64,000 nt of DNA, from NCBI GenBank assembly GCA_018066175.1, contig JAGHRV010000053.1, positions 5,592-69,591 on the forward strand, given 5' to 3'. The DNA is from Candidatus Colicola equi (GTDB lineage Bacteria > Bacteroidota > Bacteroidia > Bacteroidales > Paludibacteraceae). The notes below the pieces were generated by a model. That model did not search any database, was not told the origin of the DNA, and saw nothing but the letters and a program-made list of their open reading frames with translations. The translations under genes were made by a program, and so were the position numbers. Positions 56,953-64,000 of the stretch are shown here, in pieces. Every line of letters begins with the position of its first letter. Positions within the stretch are counted from its first letter, which is position 1.

Positions 56953-58201
56953 AAGTAAGAATAATTACATAGTCTGTGTTATAGCATGCATCCTTCTTTG
57001 CGCCTGCCATCATTTAGACCCCGAGTACGGAGTGGATTTTTCCAAGATGCCTAATAATGGCAAGACCTTTGTGCCCTATTCGGAGCAGACCTGTGACGTA
57101 GATACTTTTAATCTATCCACAGATTCGTCCTCTGCCCCACAGCCTCACAAGGCCAGTTCAATGAACCTGACAGACGTGGCACGCGGTGTAGCAGAATCAT
57201 TTACGTCCTATAAGATTCGTCAGATATGTGGCACGTACTACTCAATCGATTTACAAGGCAAAGAGGTGCGTTTGTCCGGAGCTGTCTTTTACCCTATTCG
57301 CGGACGAATACATAACGTCATTATCTGTCCTCACTTCACGGTAGCGGCTAATTATGAAGTCCCTTCTATGACCTGCCCCCTTGAGGCTACTTTAGCCGCA
57401 TTAGGCTACGTGGTAGTTATGCCTGATTATATCGGTTATGGAGCCAGTGTGGACAGAGTACATCCGTACCTGCAGCAGGATCTGACTGCCCATAATGTGG
57501 CAGATATGGCTCTGGCAGTAAGACCTTTCTTGGCAGAAAGAAAAATCATGGTAGAGAGTGAGGAGATTATTCTTGTCGGGTATAGTCAGGGAGGTGCTGC
57601 GGCCATGTTCACACAACGCCTAATGGAGACCGACATAGAGTATAAGGAGCTATTTAAAATCAAAAAAACATACTGCGGTGGCGGTCCATATAATGTGGCG
57701 CATACTTATGAGTATTGCATGGCGCACGATAAAACAGGAATCCCCTATGCGGTGCCCTTGCTGATTGTTGGTATGTCCGAAGGAATGGAGACTCCCCTGG
57801 ATGTGGCGTCTTTTTTTCGCGAACCACTCAAGAGTCACTATGAGGAGTGGCTCAAATCTAAAAAGTATAATGGCACGCAGATAACGGCGATGATAGGCGA
57901 GGATAACCTTAGCAAAATCCTTTCGCCCGAAGGAATGGATTTAACTAATCCGGAAACGCAGCGGTTGTATAAGGAACTGCAAGAGAATGCATTGCCGTCC
58001 GACTATATGCCGCAAACACCTATGTATATCTTCCACTCCAAAGATGATCAGACCGTACCTTTTATCAACGCGGACGAGGTGCGCTCGCAGTTTGAACGGC
58101 ACGCTGCAGGCGGCCCGCGTATCGAATATGACTTTGGTCACTTTGGCAATCACCAACAGGGCTTCACTAAGTTCCTATTCAAAATGCTTAACACCCTATA
58201 A
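56948..58201 (+). CDS. alpha/beta-hydrolase, secretory-lipase-like lipoprotein
   Basis: Lipobox ILLCACHH; nucleophile elbow LVGYSQGGAAAM (GxSxG); 417 aa. Confidence 0.75.
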   Translation: MRSKNNYIVCVIACILLCACHHLDPEYGVDFSKMPNNGKTFVPYSEQTCDVDTFNLSTDSSSAPQPHKASSMNLTDVARGVAESFTSYKIRQICGTYYSIDLQGKEVRLSGAVFYPIRGRIHNVIICPHFTVAANYEVPSMTCPLEATLAALGYVVVMPDYIGYGASVDRVHPYLQQDLTAHNVADMALAVRPFLAERKIMVESEEIILVGYSQGGAAAMFTQRLMETDIEYKELFKIKKTYCGGGPYNVAHTYEYCMAHDKTGIPYAVPLLIVGMSEGMETPLDVASFFREPLKSHYEEWLKSKKYNGTQITAMIGEDNLSKILSPEGMDLTNPETQRLYKELQENALPSDYMPQTPMYIFHSKDDQTVPFINADEVRSQFERHAAGGPRIEYDFGHFGNHQQGFTKFLFKMLNTL

Positions 58202-58202
58202 C

Positions 58203-58232
58203 AAAAGAGCAGGCCGAAGGTCTGCTCTTTGT
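58203..58232. terminator. bidirectional terminator hairpin between the convergent lipase and GH13 genes
   Basis: aaaagagcag gccgaagg tctgctctttg: 7-bp stem flanked by A- and T-tracts. Confidence 0.6.
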
Positions 58233-58260
58233 CGTTTATATTAGAGTGCTCTAGGCACCG

Positions 58261-59622
58261 TTACTTCGTAACTATCATCCACTGCCACGGAGCCAAGGTG
58301 AGAGGCTCTTCGTTCATCTCTACTTCATGACCGCATAAGCAGTTATACGTACCGGCCAGGTCGCCTAATTGCAAGTTAACCGTTTGCTCGGTATTGGACA
58401 TATTCATGATAGCAATAACCGTGTTGCTGCCGCATTTCTGGCATACTTTCTGGCGAGCGCAAGCAAAGATAGCTTCATTATCGCAGGCGATACGTACCAT
58501 GGGTGCACCTAATTCGTTGCTCCATAAAGCACGGTTGTCGGCACGCAGTGCGTTGAGCTTCTGATAGAGTTCGGTTTTCTTGCCACCATCCAGCATCAGC
58601 GTATCAATCATATCTTTCTCAAAGAACTCCAAACGGTGGTTATTACCACTGGGTTGACCCGTATAGATCAAAGGCATACCGGGTACGACATACGTGAAGG
58701 CTGCAAATAAATCTGCGGCATCACCCATGCGCTCGTATTCGGTACCATTCCAACTATTCTCGTCATGGTTGCTGGTGAAATTCATGCGGATAGCCTCCGG
58801 ACGAATAGTGGTGTCGCATTGTGCAAAGTAACTCCACAAAGCTTCAACGCCTTGCTTACCTTGTGCTACATCGTTCATCAAGTGGTGCAGCGTCCATCCA
58901 TAATACATATCAAAAGCGGTCTCAGTCAACTCTTGCGCCTTGTCCTCGTTCTCAGCAAGTGTGAACATAGCAGGATGCTCTGCTTTCAATTCGCCCATAG
59001 CCTCGTTCCAGAAATCCGTGGGAACTTCGCCGGCTACATCGCAACGGAAACCATCAATACCTACGCTATCTAACCAAAAACGCATAGCCTGCTTCATAGC
59101 AGCACGCATATCGGCATTGTCATAGTTGAGTTTAGAAATATCGGTCCAATCGTATTGTACCATCAGATTACCTAAACTGTCGCGATAGTGCCAACCATCG
59201 TTTTGGGTCCATGCATGATCCGGAGCGGTGTGGTTAGCTACCCAGTCCAAAATAACCTTAAAACCTAACTCATGAGCCGTATTAAGGAAATGTTTGAAGT
59301 CATCCATCGTACCAAACTCAGGGTTGATGGCGCAGTAGTCTCTAATAGAGTAGTAACTGCCTAAAGTGCCTTTACGAGTGATTACACCAATTGGTTGGCA
59401 AGGCATAATCCAAAGGATATCAATGCCGTTCTCTTTGATTTCCGGCAACACTTGCTCGGCTGCAGCAAAAGTGCCTTCAGGGGTCAACTGACGAGTGTTA
59501 AACTCATAGATAGTAGCGTCATAAGACCAGCAAGTGTGACGCAGTTCATGGCAGCATTGCTGCTTCTTGCAGCATGCGGTAAGGGCCAATAGACCCAATG
59601 CAAAAATAAGTACTTTTCTCAT
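58261..59622 (-). CDS. GH13 alpha-amylase family lipoprotein (453 aa)
   Basis: Lipobox LLALTACC; GH13 regions VILDWVANH, GIDGFRCDVAG, FTLAENED (ExxE-like), FTSNHDE. Confidence 0.88.
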   Translation of the reverse strand: MRKVLIFALGLLALTACCKKQQCCHELRHTCWSYDATIYEFNTRQLTPEGTFAAAEQVLPEIKENGIDILWIMPCQPIGVITRKGTLGSYYSIRDYCAINPEFGTMDDFKHFLNTAHELGFKVILDWVANHTAPDHAWTQNDGWHYRDSLGNLMVQYDWTDISKLNYDNADMRAAMKQAMRFWLDSVGIDGFRCDVAGEVPTDFWNEAMGELKAEHPAMFTLAENEDKAQELTETAFDMYYGWTLHHLMNDVAQGKQGVEALWSYFAQCDTTIRPEAIRMNFTSNHDENSWNGTEYERMGDAADLFAAFTYVVPGMPLIYTGQPSGNNHRLEFFEKDMIDTLMLDGGKKTELYQKLNALRADNRALWSNELGAPMVRIACDNEAIFACARQKVCQKCGSNTVIAIMNMSNTEQTVNLQLGDLAGTYNCLCGHEVEMNEEPLTLAPWQWMIVTK

Positions 59623-59648
59623 AATAATAAATTGGGGGTTATTTTGTA

Positions 59649-61664
59649 TTATTCATACCAAACTTCAATTTCACTTTGTTGGTCGCGTACTATCTTAACG
59701 CGAACGTGTTCGTTCATATATACGCGTTCATACTCCAATGTGTCCTCGTCCGCGTAGATAGGCAGGAAGTCGCCATACATAAGTGCCATGGATTGGCGGC
59801 GCAGGTCAATGAGTTGCTCTACTTTCTTGCGGAAGGTCTGTTCGTTATCGTTCAGTCCGTCAAAGCGCATCAGATGGCGGTTATCAGGGTCTCCTGCACC
59901 AATCTCGGCATATTCATCACCTTGATAGATGCAAGGTACACCGGGGATAGTGAGGTTAAGCACTTCCAATTGAATGGCACGAGTATAGGCTAAGTCCGAA
60001 GCCGGTTTTACATCGCGCGTCCAACCTGCCTCCTTGGGATCTTCGTCAAAACGTACCACACCATCCGCCAGACTGGCAAAACGAGCCTGATCGTGGTTGC
60101 CGCTGATATTACCCATGGTATGGTGAGCACCGTATGTGGCTAAGGATTGCAGAATAACATCTTGGATAGAAGCTAATGAACCGTCTCCTGCAAAAGCATG
60201 AATGGCTGTGAAATAGACGTTGAAGTCAAACTGCGCATTCAGCATACCTGATTTGACGTAGGTGTTAATCAACTCCGGCGAACCGTATGTCTCGCCAATC
60301 ATCCATATATGTCGATTGGGGAAACGGGTTACCATCTTATGAGTGAGCATCCGCCAATAACCTTCCGGTATATGCTTGCAGGCATCGTGGCGGAATCCAT
60401 CTAAGTCGTAATGAGAGAACCAATACAAGGCACTATCGGTCATGGCCTCACATACTTCCTTACGCTCTAAATCCAAGGTGGGGATATGCACATCAAACCA
60501 GGTGGTGAGACGGGCCTCGTCCCATAACTCAAAATTACGACGACCATCGGGTAGGATAGAGTCGGTATGCCAATCCGGGTGCTCTTGATAAGTAGGAGCA
60601 TCTATGTGCATATGGTTGGCCACATAGTCCAGAATGACATTCATGTTATGTTGATGGGCAGTAGCCAGTAACTCTTTCAGTTCATCCTCTGTTCCAAAAC
60701 GTTGCTCTAATACTGTCGTATAAAGTGGCCAGTAGCCGTGGTAGCCCGAGAACTTAGTATAGGTCATAGCGGGGTCATACTTATTGCCATTCTTGAACGG
60801 ATACTTGCCCCAAGCATCCCAAGGATTCTGCGTAATAGGACTAATCCACAATGTCGTAATGCCTAAACTATCAAAGAACCCTTCCTCAATCTTCTTCGTA
60901 ATACCCTTGAAGTCACCACCTTGGTAATCCACTATATCCAGCACCTCAGGCGAGTTCATCTTCCAGTCGTTGGAGGTGTTGCCATTGTGGAAGCGGTCAA
61001 TCAGAATCGAGTAGAGCACTTGCGCTTGGTCATCGTGACGCGTCAGCATAGTAGCATCCTGAATGGGCCGACCATCCTGCATAGGAATAAGTACATCGTT
61101 ATAAACCACATTCTCTGATTCTGCATAAAGACGAATAAAAGCACGACCTTTCTCGTTCTTCAGAGCGCGTATATCTAACTGAAAAACAGTATCTCCTGCT
61201 TGGAAGGCCAGATTAGCTCCGGCTAACCAGTCATTCTGATAATAGGCACTCACGTGTAACGGCTTCGTTACCCATTGACCTTGCTCCTGAATGCCCAAAC
61301 GAATAGTGGTGTCATTCACAGCAATCGTGCGTAAACCAGGTTTGAAACTCTTATGCGGCACAACGCATAAGTCGCAGTAGAAAGTGCTATCGATATACAC
61401 CGATAGGTTACCTAACTGATTATCTCCATACATGTCTAATTCGCCTTGCGCGAACGCAGATATATGATAATGGTCATCCGTTACGATGCGGATATGTTCA
61501 TCAAAAGTGAGTTCCGGCAGGTAATCCGTCAAATAAACATGCATGCTATCCCCCGTATAGTGGATAGGCATAATGGGATTGACTACTGTAAGTTCGCAGG
61601 AAGATTGGCGTCTGCACCCCACTAAAAAAGAGGTTGCGACCAAGAGAAATAAAACGCGTTTCAT
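59649..61664 (-). CDS. GH13 family glycoside hydrolase with N-terminal extension (neopullulanase/alpha-amylase-like, 671 aa)
   Basis: ORF trimmed to the ATG at 61664 (MKRVLFLLVATSFLVGCRRQ, lipobox). GH13 regions VILDYVANH, DLDGFRHDACKH, MIGETYG, SGNHDQARF. Confidence 0.88.
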   Translation of the reverse strand: MKRVLFLLVATSFLVGCRRQSSCELTVVNPIMPIHYTGDSMHVYLTDYLPELTFDEHIRIVTDDHYHISAFAQGELDMYGDNQLGNLSVYIDSTFYCDLCVVPHKSFKPGLRTIAVNDTTIRLGIQEQGQWVTKPLHVSAYYQNDWLAGANLAFQAGDTVFQLDIRALKNEKGRAFIRLYAESENVVYNDVLIPMQDGRPIQDATMLTRHDDQAQVLYSILIDRFHNGNTSNDWKMNSPEVLDIVDYQGGDFKGITKKIEEGFFDSLGITTLWISPITQNPWDAWGKYPFKNGNKYDPAMTYTKFSGYHGYWPLYTTVLEQRFGTEDELKELLATAHQHNMNVILDYVANHMHIDAPTYQEHPDWHTDSILPDGRRNFELWDEARLTTWFDVHIPTLDLERKEVCEAMTDSALYWFSHYDLDGFRHDACKHIPEGYWRMLTHKMVTRFPNRHIWMIGETYGSPELINTYVKSGMLNAQFDFNVYFTAIHAFAGDGSLASIQDVILQSLATYGAHHTMGNISGNHDQARFASLADGVVRFDEDPKEAGWTRDVKPASDLAYTRAIQLEVLNLTIPGVPCIYQGDEYAEIGAGDPDNRHLMRFDGLNDNEQTFRKKVEQLIDLRRQSMALMYGDFLPIYADEDTLEYERVYMNEHVRVKIVRDQQSEIEVWYE

Positions 61665-61696
61665 GGTTTTATAATGAAAAATGTTGATTTTGCACG

Positions 61697-61704
61697 CAAA
61701 GTTA
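61697..61704 (-). promoter_or_regulatory. -7 box TAACTTTG (minus strand) of the GH13 operon; -33 at 61725-61728
   Basis: Plus-strand caaagtta, with CAAA 20 nt away; 33 nt upstream of the ATG at 61664. Confidence 0.6.
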
Positions 61705-61736
61705 TAAAAAAATTGGCATATATGCAAATTTTTTTG

Positions 61737-61744
61737 TATCTTTG
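61737..61744 (+). promoter_or_regulatory. -7 box TATCTTTG of the S26-PqqD-kinase-like operon
   Basis: tatctttg, 31 nt upstream of the ATG at 61775. Confidence 0.6.
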
Positions 61745-61774
61745 CAACGAATTTCAGTAAAAAAACGTTTTCAT

Positions 61775-62206
61775 ATGCCCCATTTAGTAGATAATACGGT
61801 GCTTATTCCTGAGATGGTACGATTATTGCACGAGGGTAAAAGTGTCACTTTTACGCCGACAGGAGTCAGTATGCGTCCTTTTATCGAAGGAGGGCAGGAT
61901 AGTGTGCTACTAACGAATGTAGATACGCTTCGAATAGGTGACATTGTGCTGGCGCAAATATCTCCGGACCATTACGTCCTGCATCGCCTCATAGCCTTGC
62001 AAGGCGACCAAGTTACACTCATGGGTGATGGCAATCTATTCGGTCAGGAGCATTGCTCGCGCAGCGACGTACTGGCTAAAGTGCAGCAAATAACCTCCCC
62101 CAAGGGGCATCGTAAACCCATTACCCGCGGACGATTATGGCTGGCACTATTGCCAATAAGACGATTATTATTAAAAGTGTATAGACATACACCTAGATTA
62201 TTATAG
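61775..62206 (+). CDS. S24/S26-family peptidase, signal-peptidase-like with Ser/His (ER/SipW-type) signature (143 aa)
   Basis: ORF trimmed to the ATG at 61775 (MPHLVDN...); the ORF-track start is a TTG overlapping the -7 box. Boxes: TGVSMRPFI (Ser), IGDIVLAQ, YVLHRLIALQGDQV (His where SPase I has Lys), MGDGN. Confidence 0.75.
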   Translation: MPHLVDNTVLIPEMVRLLHEGKSVTFTPTGVSMRPFIEGGQDSVLLTNVDTLRIGDIVLAQISPDHYVLHRLIALQGDQVTLMGDGNLFGQEHCSRSDVLAKVQQITSPKGHRKPITRGRLWLALLPIRRLLLKVYRHTPRLL

Positions 62207-62207
62207 T

Positions 62208-62477
62208 ATGAAGATTAAACAAGGATTCAAATTACGTCCCTTAGGCAATGAGTTTATCTTGGTGGGCGAAGGATTGGAGCAGATTAACTTCAATCGCATG
62301 ATTACCATGAACGAGACGGCTGCTTATCTATGGCAGCGCGTGATGGATGGACAGGACTTTGATGCTCAACGATTGGCTGATTACCTGACTGAGGAGTACG
62401 AAGTAACGCCGGAACAGGCACTTAATGATTCACAAGCAACGATTGATTCATGGTTGAAAGCAGAAATTATAATGTAG
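62208..62477 (+). CDS. PqqD-family (RiPP-recognition-element-like) protein, 89 aa
   Basis: FKLRPLGNEFILV...MITMNETAAYLWQRVMDGQDFDAQRLADYLTEEYEVTPEQALNDSQATIDSWLKAEII fits the PqqD pattern. Confidence 0.75.
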   Translation: MKIKQGFKLRPLGNEFILVGEGLEQINFNRMITMNETAAYLWQRVMDGQDFDAQRLADYLTEEYEVTPEQALNDSQATIDSWLKAEIIM

Positions 62478-63325
62478 CCGGATTTGGATTCTCCATCGAT
62501 GGCGAATCAGACGTGTTGGCTTTATTGACCAACTACGAACCTTTCCGTGTAGAGCAACCTATCGATCCGATGCTCTTCCGCTTAGTTCTTGGCGAAGTGA
62601 AGCCAGAACCCACGATGGAGCATGTCTTTACCGACACGTCGGACGATGATATGCCGCGTATCGAAGTGTATCATGTTGGTCGGGATTGGCAGATTCAGCT
62701 TGCCATGTATAAGACCTCTCCTATCTGCGCTATTATGCGTGTTAGTGAGGACTTTAGTCTGGTGCGTCTGCAGGCCGACCCTGCCGTCATCAAGTTTGCT
62801 ATTGATAATGCCGCGATGCTCATCTATGCGTTCAGCACAGCAGATAAAGGTGTATTGGAGATGCATGCGTCCGTAACGGTGAAGGACGGCAAGGGCTTCC
62901 TCTTCTTAGGTAAGTCCGGCACCGGTAAATCCACTCACTCGCGTCTCTGGTTAGAGACCTTCCCGGAGGCATGGCTACTCAATGACGATAATCCGGTTTT
63001 GCGCCTGTTGCCTAATAACGAGGTGCATGTTTATGGTTCGCCTTGGAGCGGCAAAACGCCCTGTTATATCAACCGAGAAGTGCCGGTAGGAGGTATCGTT
63101 AAACTCACTCAAGCTCCGGCGAATGCCATTCATACCTTGTCCTTGCCCGAGGCGTACGCGTATATGTTAGCTTCATCCAGTGGACTCAAGATAGTGCCGG
63201 CTATGATGGACGCACTCTATAACACCATCGCATCGGTCATTCAGATCATCCCGGTGCAGGGACTGGAGTGCTTGCCGGATACGGATGCCGCTAAACTGTG
63301 CGAAAGCACGATTAATACGAAATAA
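62450..63325 (+). CDS. HPr-kinase-like P-loop protein (291 aa)
   Basis: Walker A FLFLGKSGTGKSTHSRLW and LLNDDNPVL...YGSPWSGK resemble the HprK/P C-domain and HprK-related kinases. It overlaps the PqqD gene by 28 nt. Confidence 0.65.
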   Translation: MVESRNYNVAGFGFSIDGESDVLALLTNYEPFRVEQPIDPMLFRLVLGEVKPEPTMEHVFTDTSDDDMPRIEVYHVGRDWQIQLAMYKTSPICAIMRVSEDFSLVRLQADPAVIKFAIDNAAMLIYAFSTADKGVLEMHASVTVKDGKGFLFLGKSGTGKSTHSRLWLETFPEAWLLNDDNPVLRLLPNNEVHVYGSPWSGKTPCYINREVPVGGIVKLTQAPANAIHTLSLPEAYAYMLASSSGLKIVPAMMDALYNTIASVIQIIPVQGLECLPDTDAAKLCESTINTK

Positions 63326-63351
63326 GGCTGTCAATCAACAGCCTTATTTTT
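63324..63351. terminator. bidirectional terminator between convergent genes
   Basis: aaggctgt caatca acagcctt followed by atttttat. Confidence 0.7.
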
Positions 63352-64000
63352 ATATCGTGATACATTCAAAAGTATTCACTTTCTGTTTATCGTATTTGCC
63401 ACTCACTTTGATGTAGTTCTCGGTGAATCCATACATCGTACCATGGTCGTTCTTGCTCTCCCATAACACCAATCCTGTTTGACCCTTATGCTCCTGGTAG
63501 AAAGCCGCTAATTTGTCTGCACTAATGGCGTGCAGCACCTTACTGCGCCGTTCGCGCTCTTGTTGTGGAACAACATATAAATCCATCTCCAACATACGTG
63601 TATTGGCTCGTTCTGAGTACGTAAATACGTGCAGTTGACTAACCGGCAACTGGCGGATAAAAGCGACATAGTCGTTAAACCGCTCTTCGGTTTCGCCACG
63701 CACTCCTACCATACAATCTACACCAATAAAAGCATGGGGCATCACGCGCTTGATATGCTCAATGCGCTCTTGAAAGAGTTCGCGCGTATAATGACGGTGC
63801 ATAATCTGTAACACCTCGTTATTGCCACTCTGCAAAGGGATATGGAAATGCGGAGCAAAATGCTTGCTTTGTGCCACAAAGTCAATAATCTCGTCGGTCA
63901 GTAGATTAGGCTCGCAACTGGATATACGGATGCGATAGGTCTGCTCTACATCGGGTATAGTGTCTAAGGCATGAAGCAAGTCGATGAACGTCTCATTGGT
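63350..64000 (-). CDS. radical-SAM methylthiotransferase, MiaB/RimO/MtaB family (probably MtaB), partial: N-terminus beyond right edge
   Basis: The frame stays open upstream of the ORF-track Met to nt 64000 (...TNETFIDLLHALDT...). The C-terminal part of the radical-SAM core is present (HFHIPLQSGNNEVLQIMHRHY), followed by a TRAM-like end. Confidence 0.8.
   Translation of the reverse strand, partial: TNETFIDLLHALDTIPDVEQTYRIRISSCEPNLLTDEIIDFVAQSKHFAPHFHIPLQSGNNEVLQIMHRHYTRELFQERIEHIKRVMPHAFIGVDCMVGVRGETEERFNDYVAFIRQLPVSQLHVFTYSERANTRMLEMDLYVVPQQERERRSKVLHAISADKLAAFYQEHKGQTGLVLWESKNDHGTMYGFTENYIKVSGKYDKQKVNTFECITI

Noticed and set aside
1-64000. Searched by eye for CRISPR arrays, rRNA, tRNA (T-loop ggttcgaatcc-like strings in intergenic regions), tmRNA, RNase P, transposases and integrases
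   Set aside because: No regularly spaced direct repeats. No tRNA-like T-arm/acceptor combinations in any intergenic gap. No ORF with DDE, tyrosine-recombinase or serine-recombinase hallmarks. This is a manual scan only, so small RNAs could be missed.

Overview
The window looks like a Bacteroidales-type (Prevotella/Bacteroides-like) chromosome. Canonical TTTG(-33)/TAnnTTTG(-7) promoters precede most operons, and uS3 has an Arg/Asp-rich tail. Layout: (1) 1-3.1 kb holds a partial TonB-dependent receptor and a lipoprotein. (2) 3.5-21.9 kb is the complete str-S10-spc-alpha ribosomal superoperon, rpsL to rplQ. It includes rpmD and rpmJ, which are too short for the ORF track, and several ORF-track starts are corrected here. 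(3) 21.9-31.0 kb is a visibly AT-rich accessory island with no integrase or transposase. Its core is a tightly coupled two-gene module. The first gene is a 507-aa protein with a methyltransferase-like fold but no catalytic NPPY-type motif. The second is a 1380-aa fusion of a GIY-YIG/T5orf172-like domain, an SF2 helicase, a gamma-type N6A methyltransferase (NPPY) and a TRD-like tail. Around it sit one intact and one internally deleted RhuM-family gene, plus a two-repeat Myb/SANT-like protein. I consider this module the best candidate for an undescribed defence or restriction-modification-like system. (4) 31-43 kb carries a TetR regulator with a TolC-MFP-RND efflux operon and a small P-II-like protein, then a DEAD-box helicase, an RsmB/F-like methyltransferase and a UvrD-like helicase. 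(5) 43-48.3 kb is an AT-rich accessory envelope cluster: an ORF6N protein, lipoproteins, a beta-barrel protein, a PD40 propeller, and a Cys-rich mini-lipoprotein next to a MauE-glutaredoxin-like membrane protein. (6) 48.8-61.7 kb is housekeeping: pgi, gpsA, lysS, mutY, HU, a 29-aa bS22-like ORF, RNase G, a lipase and two GH13 amylases. (7) 61.8-63.3 kb is a compact operon of an S26(Ser/His)-type peptidase, a PqqD-like protein and an HPr-kinase-like P-loop protein, followed by a partial MtaB-like gene. A mosaic intergenic repeat family marks the junctions between core and accessory segments. It includes a ~260-bp inverted pair at 22.1 and 48.6 kb, a 140-bp palindrome at 30.7 kb and a reused promoter cassette. 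I found no rRNA, tRNA, CRISPR array, transposase or integrase.
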